The notes beneath the pieces are model-generated. The model was not told where the DNA came from. It worked only from the letters and a program-made list of their open reading frames with translations, and made no database searches. A stretch of DNA of 64,000 bases, taken from assembly GCA_963843845.1 (NCBI GenBank), contig CAWJMB010000002.1, forward strand, positions 1,312,001-1,376,000. The letters are read 5' to 3'. Below are positions 1 through 9,451 of the stretch, piece by piece (the stretch's first letter is position 1; every line of letters starts with the position of its first letter). This DNA comes from an uncultured Gemmatimonadaceae bacterium (GTDB lineage Bacteria > Gemmatimonadota > Gemmatimonadetes > Gemmatimonadales > Gemmatimonadaceae). A program made the position numbers and the translations under genes.

Positions 1-477
1 GTCGCGGCCACGTACGATCGGCGTATCGGGCGCGAGTACGCGGCCCGTTTCAACCGCGCGAGCACGACGCAGGCGAAATCGCTCGTCATCTCGATGGTGC
101 CGATGTTCGCGGCGATCCTGGTGCTCGTCGAGTGGCGGCGGCGTCGCGGGCTGCTGCAGGACGCGGTGCTCGCCCTGCACACGATCGCCCTCTTCCTGCT
201 GCTGTCGATCGCCGCGCCGTGGCTGGTGCGGATCCCGCTCGCGGCCGCCGCCGCGCTGGTCGGCGCACCCTTCCGCGACGGCACCTACGACGCGGCGTTC
301 GGCGTCGTCTCGCTCACGATCCTCGGCGTCTGGACGCGCGCCGCACTTCGACGCGTGTACGGCGACGGAGTCGTGGCCTCGACCGTCAAAGCCGTGATCC
401 TGATGTTCGGCGTCGCAGTGGTGCTGATGAGCTACCGCGCGCTGCTCTTCTTCACGACGCTCTACGCCACTACTTGA
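1..477 (+). CDS. Membrane protein, DUF3667-like C-terminal part (5' truncated by window edge)
   Basis: Frame 1 is open from base 1 (VAATYDRR...QAKSLVISMVPMFA) to TGA at 475-477; several hydrophobic TM segments; family assignment from memory. Confidence 0.55.
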   Translation, partial: VAATYDRRIGREYAARFNRASTTQAKSLVISMVPMFAAILVLVEWRRRRGLLQDAVLALHTIALFLLLSIAAPWLVRIPLAAAAALVGAPFRDGTYDAAFGVVSLTILGVWTRAALRRVYGDGVVASTVKAVILMFGVAVVLMSYRALLFFTTLYATT

Positions 478-480
478 TTG

Positions 481-561
481 GTTCTGACGCAAGGAACGGA
501 AGGGACGGAAGAACGCATCGGCGCGCACTTCTTCTGTTCCTTCCGTTCCTTCTGTCAGAAC
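481..561. repeat. Long hairpin built from tandem GGAAC/GGAAG-type units between convergent genes; possible bidirectional terminator or REP-like element
   Basis: gttctgac (481-488) pairs with gtcagaac (554-561); aaggaacggaagg (491-503) pairs with ccttccgttcctt (539-551). Confidence 0.7.
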
Positions 562-1631
562 AAGGCGCCCTGCACCCCGGCGTTCGGCGGCGCCGCGACC
601 GGCGGCGTGTAGCCGAAATGCCGGTAGGCCTGCGCGGTCGCCACGCGCCCCCGCGGCGTACGCTGCAGGAAGCCGTGCTGCACGAGGAACGGCTCGTACA
701 CCTCCTCGATCGTCCCCGGGTCCTCGCCGACGACCGCCGCGATCGTCGAGATGCCGACCGGGCCGCCGTCGTGCTTCTCGATGATCGCGCGGATGACGCG
801 CGCGTCCATGTCGTCCAGCCCGAACTCGTCGACGTCGAGCCGCCGCAGCGCCTCGTTCGCGACGTCGCGCGTGATGTGCCCCTCGGCCTCGACCTGCGCG
901 TAGTCGCGCACACGCTTCAGCAGGCGGTTCGCGATGCGCGGGGTGCCGCGCGACCGGCGCGCGATCTCCGCGGCGCCGTCGATCTCGATCGGCACCTGCA
1001 GCACTTCGGCCGTGCGGCGCACGATCAGCTCGAGGGCGTCCTCGGGGTAGTAGTTCAGCCGCTCGACGATGCCGAACCGCGCGCGCATCGGCGACGTCAG
1101 CATCCCGAAGCGCGTCGTCGCGCCGACGAGCGTGAACCGCTCGATCGGCATCGTGATCGTCGTCGCTTTCGGCCCCTCGCTCAGGCGGATGTCGATCTTG
1201 TAGTCCTCCATCGCCGGATAGAGGAACTCCTCGATGACGGGGCGCAGGCGGTGGATCTCGTCGATGAAGAGGATGTCCCCCTCGCGCATGTTCGTGAGCT
1301 TCCCCACGAGGTCACCCGGCTTCTCGATCGCCGGCCCGCTCGTCGTGTGGATGTTCACGCTCAGCTCGCGCGCGATCAGCTCCGCGAGCGTCGTCTTGCC
1401 GAGTCCGGGCGGGCCGTGGAAGAGCAGATGGTCGAGCGGCTCGCGGCGCGCCATCGCCGCCTGGATCGCGATGCGGAGGTTGTCCTTGACCTTCTCCTGT
1501 CCGATGAACTCGGCCAGGCGCTGCGGGCGGAGCGACAGCTCGACGACGCTCTCGTCGCTCAGCGCCTCGGGCGTCGTGATCTCGGCGCGCGGCGGCGCGG
1601 GGACGGCGGGGCGGGGGGGGCGTGGCGGCAT
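555..1631 (-). CDS. ruvB: Holliday junction branch migration ATPase RuvB
   Basis: [13 protein letters not shown], Walker [10 protein letters not shown], Walker [31 protein letters not shown]...RTPRGR. Confidence 0.98.
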   Translation of the reverse strand: MPPRPPRPAVPAPPRAEITTPEALSDESVVELSLRPQRLAEFIGQEKVKDNLRIAIQAAMARREPLDHLLFHGPPGLGKTTLAELIARELSVNIHTTSGPAIEKPGDLVGKLTNMREGDILFIDEIHRLRPVIEEFLYPAMEDYKIDIRLSEGPKATTITMPIERFTLVGATTRFGMLTSPMRARFGIVERLNYYPEDALELIVRRTAEVLQVPIEIDGAAEIARRSRGTPRIANRLLKRVRDYAQVEAEGHITRDVANEALRRLDVDEFGLDDMDARVIRAIIEKHDGGPVGISTIAAVVGEDPGTIEEVYEPFLVQHGFLQRTPRGRVATAQAYRHFGYTPPVAAPPNAGVQGALF

Positions 1632-1779
1632 GCGAAAGCGACCTGCGACTCTGGGAACGACCGACCGGACCGGAACGCCGAAATCTACCCCGAAGAGGGG
1701 CCGAAGTCACGTCGCGGCGCCTGGCGGCGAGGCTGCGGGTGAGACACGATAGCGCGTCTCGATCCCGAGGGTATCTCCG

Positions 1780-2592
1780 ATGACCGGTCCGATCACGTCG
1801 TCCGGCACGACGCCGTTCACGGGCGTCACGCCCCCATTCCTGCCGAAGGAGGCCGTGTTCGACGGCGACATCCGCCGCGGCGCGCCGGCGAAGCGCGCGC
1901 GCTTCGTTCAGGAGTGGCTGTCCTTGCACGGCGTGAGAGTCTCGATCGACGACGACTTCGGCGGCGTGACCGAGGCGGCCGTCAAGACGTTCCAGAGCGG
2001 CGCCGGTCTGCCGCAGACGGGGGTCGTCGACCGCCTCACGTTCGACCGGCTCGTCGCGCCGATGCTCGCCGCGCTCCGCCCGATCGCGGCGCCGCCGCCG
2101 GGTGCTCTCGGGTCGACGCTGGGCCAGATGACGGTCGCGTACGCGAAGCAGCATCTCGCCCAGCACCCGCGCGAAGTCGGCGGCGAGAACATGGGGCCCT
2201 GGGTGCGACTCTACATGGACGGCAACCAGGGGAAGGCGTGGCTCTGGTGCTCGGGCTTCGCGACGTTCGTGCAGCGCCAGGCGGCGCAGACGTTGGGCAC
2301 CAAGGTCCCGATCGCGCGCACGTTCTCGTGCGACGAGGCCGCGGCCGGCGCGAAGAAGAAGGGGTGCTTCATCGCCGGCTGCCCGGACTTCAAGCAGATC
2401 ACCCCCGGCTCGCTCTTCCTCGTGCAGAAGACGGCGAGCGACTGGCAACACGTCGGCATCGTCGTGAGCGCCGGGCGCGACGCGTTCCACACGATCGAGG
2501 GGAACACGAACGACGACGGGTCGCGCGAGGGGTTCGAGGTGTGCGCGCGCGTGCGCGGCTACGACAAGAAGGACTTCGTGCTCGTCGCGTGA
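1780..2592 (+). CDS. Peptidoglycan-binding domain + CHAP-type peptidoglycan hydrolase
   Basis: PG-binding motif DDDFGGVTEAAVKTFQ...TGVVD; CHAP motifs WCSGF (Cys), HVGIV (His), TIEGNTN. Confidence 0.8.
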   Translation: MTGPITSSGTTPFTGVTPPFLPKEAVFDGDIRRGAPAKRARFVQEWLSLHGVRVSIDDDFGGVTEAAVKTFQSGAGLPQTGVVDRLTFDRLVAPMLAALRPIAAPPPGALGSTLGQMTVAYAKQHLAQHPREVGGENMGPWVRLYMDGNQGKAWLWCSGFATFVQRQAAQTLGTKVPIARTFSCDEAAAGAKKKGCFIAGCPDFKQITPGSLFLVQKTASDWQHVGIVVSAGRDAFHTIEGNTNDDGSREGFEVCARVRGYDKKDFVLVA

Positions 2593-2650
2593 GTCGCGCT
2601 GCCACGGTCGGGCGGGCCCGGATCGGCCCGCCCGCGCCAGACCCGCTGCG

Positions 2651-3808
2651 CTAGACCAACGCGCGCAACGCCGACAGCCGCTCCGCCGCCGCCTCGAGCG
2701 TCTCGAGCTTCTTGCAGAACGCGAAGCGCGTCAGCCGCTTCCCGTCGCTCGACTCGCGGTAGAAGCTCGACCCCGGCACGGTCGCGACGCCCCCCTCGCG
2801 CGCGAGCCACTTCGCGAACGTGACGTCGTCCTTGTCGCTCAACTCGCTGAAGCCGCACAGCACGTAGTACGCCCCCTCGGGCAGCGTCAGCGTGAAGCCG
2901 GCGTCGACGAGCGCGCCGCAGATCAGGTCGCGCCGCGCCTTGTAGTCGAGCGTCAGGTGGTTGTAGTAGTCGGCGTCGAACGCCATGCCGACCGCCGCGG
3001 CCGCCTGCAGCGGCGCCGGCGCGCCGCACGTCAGGAAGTCGTGCACCTTGCGGATCGCGACCGACACCTCCGCGGGCGCGATCGAGTAGCCGAGCCGCCA
3101 GCCGGTGCAGCTGAACGTCTTCGAGAGCCCGGAGATCGTGATCGTGCGCTCGCGCATCCCCGGCCACGTCGCCATCACGTGGTGGTGCCCGGCGTAGACC
3201 ATGTGCTCGTAGATCTCGTCGGTGATGACCCACGGCACGTCGTACTGCTGCACGAGCCGCGCGATCATGTCCATCTCGGCGCGCGTGAACACCTTGCCGG
3301 CGGGGTTGTGCGGCGTGTTCACGATGATCGCCTTCGGGCGGCGCTTGAGGGCGGCTTCCAGGCGCTCCTCATCGATGCGCCAGTCGGGCGCGACCAGCGG
3401 CACGAAGATCGGCGTCGCGCCCGACAGGATGGCGTCGGGGCCGTAGTTCTCGTAGAACGGCTCGAACACGACGATCTCGTCGCCCGGATTCAGGATCGCG
3501 AGACACACCGCGGCCATGACTTCCGTCGCGCCGCACATCACGGTCACGTGGCGATCGGGGTCGACCTCCATGTGATACCACCGGCGGTACTTCTCGGCGA
3601 TCGCGAGGCGCAGCTCGGCCGTGCCCCACGTGACCGCGTACTGATTGATGTCGCCCTGGATCGCCGCGCACGCCGCGTCCTTCATCGGCGCCGGCATCGC
3701 GAAGTCGGGGTAGCCCTGCGAGAGGTTGATCGCGCCATGCTGCTGCGCGTAGCGGGTCATCTCGCGGATGACGGACTCGGTGAACGTGCTGGCGCGCTGC
3801 GAGATCAT
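2651..3808 (-). CDS. PLP-dependent aminotransferase class I/II (YbdL/methionine aminotransferase-like)
   Basis: AINLSQGYPDF, NTPHNPAGKVF, DEIYEH, SKTFSCTGWRLG (PLP Lys), RFAFCK. Confidence 0.92.
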   Translation of the reverse strand: MISQRASTFTESVIREMTRYAQQHGAINLSQGYPDFAMPAPMKDAACAAIQGDINQYAVTWGTAELRLAIAEKYRRWYHMEVDPDRHVTVMCGATEVMAAVCLAILNPGDEIVVFEPFYENYGPDAILSGATPIFVPLVAPDWRIDEERLEAALKRRPKAIIVNTPHNPAGKVFTRAEMDMIARLVQQYDVPWVITDEIYEHMVYAGHHHVMATWPGMRERTITISGLSKTFSCTGWRLGYSIAPAEVSVAIRKVHDFLTCGAPAPLQAAAAVGMAFDADYYNHLTLDYKARRDLICGALVDAGFTLTLPEGAYYVLCGFSELSDKDDVTFAKWLAREGGVATVPGSSFYRESSDGKRLTRFAFCKKLETLEAAAERLSALRALV

Positions 3809-3917
3809 CGGAAGCGGACGGAGTGGAAGTCGGCCGCCGCGGCGTGCGGGGCGAAGCGACGCCGCGGAGTCTAGCGTTCTACGCGGCGCCCCGGGGAGGC
3901 GCTGGACGGCCGGCGCC

Positions 3918-4520
3918 TCAGCGCGCTCCGACCTTCGCCAGCGCCCCGCGGATCAGCTCCGGCGCCGAGAGCTTCCCGCCGCTCGCGTCGAGCGCCGCCT
4001 TGACCGCCCGCTCCGCGTCGATCGTCGTGTAGCCGAGGGAGACGAGGGCGCGGATCGCGTCGTCGGCCGCGGCACTCGCGGGGCGCGGCCCGCCGCCCGA
4101 CGCGTCGGCCTGCACGTCGTCCAGCTTGTCGGCGAGGTCCAGAATGAGCTGCTCGGCCTTCTTCCGCCCGACGCGCGGTACGCTCTGCAGCAGCGCGACG
4201 TCGCGCTCGCGGATCGCCCGCACGACGCGATCCGCCGTGAGCGTCGACAGCAGGCCTAACGCGAGCGCCGGACCCACGCCCTTGGCGCCCAACACGCGTT
4301 GAAACACCCGCCGCTCGAACGGCGTCGCGAAGCCGAACAGCTGCCACCCGTCTTCCTTCACGACGAGGTGCGTGTGCAGCGCCGCGTCCTCGCCGAGCTT
4401 CGGCAGCGACTCGTAGACGGAGAGCGGGATCAGCAACTCGTAGCCGACCCCGCCCTTCGTGAGGATCTCGACGCGATCGAGCTCTTTGGCGACGACGCGC
4501 CCGGCGACGTGAACGATCAT
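3918..4520 (-). CDS. ruvA: Holliday junction DNA-binding protein RuvA
   Basis: GGVGYEL, HTHLVVKED..LFGF, HhH motifs KGVGP and PRVGRKKAEQ, C-terminal ALVSLGY. Confidence 0.97.
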   Translation of the reverse strand: MIVHVAGRVVAKELDRVEILTKGGVGYELLIPLSVYESLPKLGEDAALHTHLVVKEDGWQLFGFATPFERRVFQRVLGAKGVGPALALGLLSTLTADRVVRAIRERDVALLQSVPRVGRKKAEQLILDLADKLDDVQADASGGGPRPASAAADDAIRALVSLGYTTIDAERAVKAALDASGGKLSAPELIRGALAKVGAR

Positions 4521-4523
4521 GGC

Positions 4524-4573
4524 GGGGTCAGGGCGTGGTCAGGGCGGGGTAGGGCGTGGTCAGGGCGTGGTCA
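4524..4573 (+). repeat. Tandem 11-nt G-rich repeat (ggtcagggcgt, about 4 copies) in the ruvC-ruvA spacer
   Basis: Units at 4526, 4537, 4548 (1-nt deletion) and 4558. Confidence 0.8.
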
Positions 4574-5074
4574 CGGCAGAAGCGCGCGGGAGAGCGACGG
4601 AAGGTTCGGCGCCATGCAATACGTGAGCGCCGCCGCGACGCCGTCGGCCGCGTCGGACGGCGTCGGCACGGCCTTGAGTCGGAGCAGGCGCGTGAGCATG
4701 AACTGCACCTGCTCCTTCGTCGCCGCGCCCGTGCCGACGACGGCCTTCTTGATCTCCGCCGGCGGGTACTCGTGGACGGTCAGCCCGGCCAGCTCGCCGG
4801 CGAGCAGGATGACCCCGCGCGCGTGTCCCAACGTCACCGTCGTGCGGACGTTCTTCGCGTAGAAGATGCTCTCGACCGCGAGCGCGTCGGGGCGGTGTCT
4901 GGCGATCAACTCGCTGACCCCCTCGTAGATCTCGCGCAGCCGCGCCGGCAGCGGATCGCGCGCCCGCGTCCGCACCACGCCGCACTCGAGGAGCTGCGTC
5001 GACCCGCGCGGATCGCGCCGCACGACGCCGTAGCCGGTCGTCGCGGTGCCCGGGTCGATGCCGAGGACTAGCAC
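4571..5074 (-). CDS. ruvC: Crossover junction endodeoxyribonuclease RuvC
   Basis: VLGIDPG..TGYGV, AVESIF, LGHARG, IKKAVVGTGAATKEQV, DAADGVAAA. Confidence 0.97.
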   Translation of the reverse strand: MLVLGIDPGTATTGYGVVRRDPRGSTQLLECGVVRTRARDPLPARLREIYEGVSELIARHRPDALAVESIFYAKNVRTTVTLGHARGVILLAGELAGLTVHEYPPAEIKKAVVGTGAATKEQVQFMLTRLLRLKAVPTPSDAADGVAAALTYCMAPNLPSLSRALLP

Positions 5075-5082
5075 GACGGACA

Positions 5083-5155
5083 GCCGGGGATCGGGGATCG
5101 GCGGTCGGGACGTGCGTCAGCCCCGAGCCCCCATCCCCGATCCCCGATCCCCGGC
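5083..5155. repeat. REP-like palindrome of GGGGATC heptamers
   Basis: Perfect 19-bp stem gccggggatcggggatcgg (5083-5101) / ccgatccccgatccccggc (5137-5155). Confidence 0.8.
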
Positions 5156-5158
5156 ACG

Positions 5159-5902
5159 TCAGGCCTCCGCCAACGCCGCCGCATCGATGTCGAAGTTGCC
5201 CTCGACCTTCTGCACGTCGTCGAGATCCTCGAGCGCGTCGAGCAGCTTCACGAGCGCCTGCGCGTCGTCGCCGGCGACCGCGACGGTGCTCTTGGGCACC
5301 CAGTTCAGCGCCGCCTCGCTCGTCTCGATCCCCTTCGCGGCGAGCGCCTCGCGCACGGCGTGCAGCATCGCCGGCTCGGTCGTCACGACCCACTGATCCT
5401 CGTCGCGCGCCACGTCCTCGGCGCCGGCGTCGAGTGCGGCTTCCATGATCAGCTCCTCGTCCCACTTCGTCGCGTCGGCCTGCATCTGCCCCTTCCGATC
5501 GAACAGGAACGCGACCGAGCCCGAGGTGCCCATGTTGCCCCCGTTGCGAGAGAGCTTGTGGCGGATGTCGGCGACCGTGCGCGTCGGGTTGTCGGTCAGC
5601 GTCTGGATCATGAGCGCGACGCCGCCGGGCCCGTATGCCTCGTACATCACGTCCTGGTAGTCGACTCCCTCGAGCTCGCCCGTCCCCTTCTTCACCGCGC
5701 GCTCGATGTTCTCCTTCGGCATCGAGTTCTGCTTCGCGGTGTCGATCGCGAGGCGGAGCCGCGGGTTGTGCTCGGGGTCACCACCGCCGCCCTTCGCCGC
5801 GACGGTGATCTCGCGGATGAGCTTCGTGAAGAGCGCGCCGCGCTTCTTGTCGGTCGCGGCTTTGTAATGCTTGATCTGCTTCCACTTGCTGTGGCCGGCC
5901 AT
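5159..5902 (-). CDS. yebC: YebC/PmpR family protein
   Basis: MAGHSKW N-terminus, NPRLRLAI, YEAYGPGG, TDNPTRT, LEDLDDVQKV; usual position upstream of ruvC. Confidence 0.96.
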   Translation of the reverse strand: MAGHSKWKQIKHYKAATDKKRGALFTKLIREITVAAKGGGGDPEHNPRLRLAIDTAKQNSMPKENIERAVKKGTGELEGVDYQDVMYEAYGPGGVALMIQTLTDNPTRTVADIRHKLSRNGGNMGTSGSVAFLFDRKGQMQADATKWDEELIMEAALDAGAEDVARDEDQWVVTTEPAMLHAVREALAAKGIETSEAALNWVPKSTVAVAGDDAQALVKLLDALEDLDDVQKVEGNFDIDAAALAEA

Positions 5903-5940
5903 GGAACGGGCGGGAGAAGGTTCGGGTGCTGACGGAAGAA

Positions 5941-6000
5941 TAACAGCCGGAGATCGCGGATCGGGGATCGTCGGCACCGATCCCCGATCTCCGGCTGTTA
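5941..6000. repeat. REP-like palindrome of GGGGATC heptamers between divergent yebC and the PorX-like gene
   Basis: Perfect 16-bp stem taacagccggagatcg (5941-5956) / cgatctccggctgtta (5985-6000). Confidence 0.8.
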
Positions 6001-6011
6001 GCTTCTCTCGC

Positions 6012-7569
6012 ATGGCGAAGCACCTGCTCTGGGTCGACGACGAAGCCGAGCTGCTCGAGCCGCACCGCATCTTCCTCCGCGAGCGCGGCTACGACGTCGA
6101 GCTCGTGGCGAACGCGGACGACGCGCTCGACCTGGTGCGCAGCCAGCCGTTCGATCTCGTGCTGCTCGACGAGCAGATGCCCGGCAAGCGCGGGCTCGAG
6201 GTGTACCGCGAGCTGCGCGAGCTGGCGCCGAACCTGCCCGTCGTGATGGTGACGAAGAGCGAGGAGGACGCGACGTTCCGCGAGGCGATCGGCGCCAACG
6301 TGCGCGACTACCTCGTGAAGCCGGTCAACCCGCGCCAGGTGCTCGCCGCTGTCGCCCGCCTCCTCGAAGGCGCGACGATCCGCTCGCAGGCCGTCGCCCG
6401 CGCGATTCGTCGAGCGGTTCCGCGCCCTCGAGCTGGAGCGCGACACGAACCTCGACTGGCGCGGCTGGATCGACCGGTACGCCGAGCTGATGCGGTGGGA
6501 CGTCGATCTCGCGGCTGCCGGCGAGATGGGGCTGCTACGACTCGCTCCGCGCGCTCTATCCCGACATGCACCGCGAGTTCGCGGCGTTCATGCGGACGAG
6601 TATCCGGCGTGGCTTGCCGAGCTCGAGGGCGACCGGCCGCCGCTCTCCGTCGACGTCGTCGACGGAGTTCGTGCTGCCGCTCATCGGCGCGCGGCAAGCC
6701 CGCGGTGTTCATCGTCGTCGACTGCCTGCGCCTCGACCAGTGGCGCGTGCTCGAGCCGCTGCTCGGCGCCGTTCTTCGACGTCGAGACGACGCACTACTA
6801 CGCGGTGCTGCCGACGGCGACGCCCTACTCGCGCAACGCGCTGTTCAGCGGGCCTCTTCCCGAGCGAGCTCGCCGCGCGCTTCCCGGACTGGTGGGGCGA
6901 GCGCGACGACGAGACGCTGAACGCGCACGAGCGCGAGCTGCTGAGCGCGCATCTCGAGGAGCTGCGCGGCCCGACGCAGGTCCGCTACCAGAAGATCTCG
7001 AACGCGCTCGACTCCGACGATCTCGAGCGCCACCTGCCGGGCGCTGCTCGCTCGGCGAGGGGGTCTCGGCGTTCGTGTTCAACTTCATCGACCTGCTGAC
7101 GCACGGCCGATCGGAGTCGATGATCCTCTACGAGGTCGCGCGCGACGAGATCGCGCTTCGCCAGCTCACGCTGCAGTGGTTCCAGCGCTCGGCGCTGTTC
7201 ACGCTGCTCAAGGAAGCGTCGCGCCGCAAAGTGCACGTCGTGCTGACGAGCGACCACGGCTCGATCCACTGCAACACGCCGGCGACGGTATTCGCGAAGC
7301 GCGACGCGACGGCGAACCTGCGCTACAAGTTCGGCGAGGACCTGCGCGCGGAGCGGCCAGAGCAGGCGATGATGTTCACCGACCCCGCCGTGCTGAAGCT
7401 GCCGCAGCGCGGCTACAGCGCGAACACGCTGATGGCGGTCGGCGACACGTTCTTCGTCTATCCCACCAAGCTGCGCGAGTATCAGGGGCGCTACCGCGGC
7501 TCGTTCCTGCACGGCGGCGTGACGCCGGAGGAGTGCATCCTGCCGCTCGCGCTGCTCACGCCGCGGTGA
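6012..7569 (+). CDS. PorX-like response regulator (receiver + PglZ/alkaline-phosphatase-superfamily domain); several apparent frameshifts
   Basis: Receiver LLWVDDE, LLDEQMPG, YLVKP; PglZ motifs IVVDCLRLDQW, LPTATPYSRNALFSG, TSDHG, FLHGG, spread over three frames. Confidence 0.85.
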
Positions 7570-7617
7570 GCCGCGTGAGCCGTTCGAGTCGTCCGAGCCG
7601 TCACCGGTAGGCACCGG

Positions 7618-9450
7618 GTGTACCGCCGCCTCCTGCGCTTCCTGCGCCCGCACGCCGGCCGGATGTTCGGCGCCGTGCTCGCGAACGTGCTGACCGCGGT
7701 GATGGACGTCTTCACGTTCACGCTGCTCATCCCGTTCCTGAACGCGCTCTTTCAGCGGCCGAGCCTCCTCGGCGACAACGCCCTCGGTCGGGTGCAGAAC
7801 GCGCTGATCGGGCGGCTGATCGTCCCCGACGCGCCGATGGCGTCGCTCGAGCACGTCATGGCGATCATCACGGTCGCGGTGGTGCTGAAGAGCGTGTTCC
7901 TCTGGCTTTCCGGCAACCTCGGCGCCGCCCTGCAGGAGTACGTCACGCGCGACCTGCGCGACGCGACCTACGCGCACCTGCAGCGGCTGCCGCTGCCGTG
8001 GTTCGCACGCACGAAGGCGGGGCAGATCCTCGCGCGCGTGCTGACCGACACGCAGCAGACCAAGCAGGTCATCACCGAGGTGGTCACGCGCTCCCTGCTC
8101 AGCCTCACGACCGTGCTCGCGACGGTCACCGCGATGTTCGCGATGTCGTGGCGGCTCACCCTGCTCTCGCTCGTCGTCGCGCCGCTCCTCATCGCCGCGC
8201 TGCAGCCGCTGCTGCGCAAGCTGCGCACGGGCTACCGTCACACGAGCGACCAGCTCGGTGAGCTGACGGCGATCGTGCAGGAGACCGTGAGCGGGATCCG
8301 GCTCGTGAAGTCGTTCGGCGGTGAGCCCTACGAGGAGCGGCGCTTCCGCGCGGCGAGCGGGCGGCTCGCGAAGGGGCTGACGCGGGTCGCGCGAACGGCC
8401 TTCCTCGCGCAGCCGCTGACCGAGACGATCGCGACGCTGATCGCCGTCGCCGTGCTGTGGGTCGGCGCGCAGCAGGTCCTCGTCGCCGGCACGCTGCAGG
8501 GGGCCGAGCTGATCGCGTTCCTGGCGCTCGTCATGCGGATGCTGCAACCGCTGAAGCAGCTCTCGCAGGTGCCGACGACCGCGCAGCAGTCGCTCGCCGC
8601 CGCGGAGCGCGTGTTCGACATCCTCGACGCGCCGAGCGAGACGGCGCTCGACCGCGGGACGATCGCGCCGGCGCGCTTCGAGCGCGCGCTCGCGTTCGAG
8701 CACGTCCACTTCGCCTACGGCGAGGAGTCGGTGCTGCGTGACGTGTCGCTCGTCGCGCGCCCGGGTGAGATCGTCGCGCTCGTCGGACCGAGCGGTGCGG
8801 GGAAGAGCACGCTCGTCGATCTCGTGCCGCGCTTTCACGAACCCGTGTCGGGCCGGGTGACCCTCGACGGGATCGACGTGCGCGAGGTGCGGCTCGACGC
8901 GCTCCGCGCGCTGATCGGCATCGTCAGTCAGGACACGGTGCTGTTCAACGACACCGTGCGCAACAATGTCGCGTACGGCGCGGCCGAGCGGTTCACCGAC
9001 GCGCAGATCGAGGCGGCGGCGCGCGCCGCGAACGCGCACGGGTTCATCAGCGAGCTGCCCCAGGGGTACGCGACGGTGCTCGGCGAGCGCGGCACGCGCC
9101 TGTCCGGGGGCCAGCGCCAGCGCCTCGCCATCGCGCGCGCGTTGCTCGTCGACCCGCCGATCCTCATCCTCGACGAGGCGACGTCGGCACTCGACACGGA
9201 GAGCGAGCGCCTCGTTCAGGAAGCGATCGATCGCCTGCTCGTCGACCGCACCGTCTTCGTCATCGCGCACCGACTGAGCACGATCGTGCACGCCGACCAG
9301 ATCCTCGTGCTCGACCGCGGCGCCATCGTCGAGCGGGGCACTCACCCCGAGCTGCTCGCGATCGGCGGCGTCTATGCGCGCCTGCATGCGCTGCAGTTCG
9401 GCGACCGGGCGAGCGACGCCGCCGTCGCTCGCACCGTGGAGCGCGTCTAG
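7618..9450 (+). CDS. MsbA-like ABC exporter (fused TMD + NBD)
   Basis: Multi-TM N-terminal half; GPSGAGKS, LSGGQRQ, ILILDEATSALD, IAHRLST; next to a lipid A acyltransferase-like gene. Confidence 0.92.
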   Translation: MYRRLLRFLRPHAGRMFGAVLANVLTAVMDVFTFTLLIPFLNALFQRPSLLGDNALGRVQNALIGRLIVPDAPMASLEHVMAIITVAVVLKSVFLWLSGNLGAALQEYVTRDLRDATYAHLQRLPLPWFARTKAGQILARVLTDTQQTKQVITEVVTRSLLSLTTVLATVTAMFAMSWRLTLLSLVVAPLLIAALQPLLRKLRTGYRHTSDQLGELTAIVQETVSGIRLVKSFGGEPYEERRFRAASGRLAKGLTRVARTAFLAQPLTETIATLIAVAVLWVGAQQVLVAGTLQGAELIAFLALVMRMLQPLKQLSQVPTTAQQSLAAAERVFDILDAPSETALDRGTIAPARFERALAFEHVHFAYGEESVLRDVSLVARPGEIVALVGPSGAGKSTLVDLVPRFHEPVSGRVTLDGIDVREVRLDALRALIGIVSQDTVLFNDTVRNNVAYGAAERFTDAQIEAAARAANAHGFISELPQGYATVLGERGTRLSGGQRQRLAIARALLVDPPILILDEATSALDTESERLVQEAIDRLLVDRTVFVIAHRLSTIVHADQILVLDRGAIVERGTHPELLAIGGVYARLHALQFGDRASDAAVARTVERV

Positions 9451-9451
9451 C

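Noticed and set aside
1780..2592. Prophage remnant around the lysin-like gene
   Set aside because: No other phage genes, integrase or att-like repeats; flanked by core genes
6012..7569. PglZ domain as part of a BREX defence system
   Set aside because: It is fused to a receiver domain (PorX architecture) and no brxC/pglX/brxL genes are nearby
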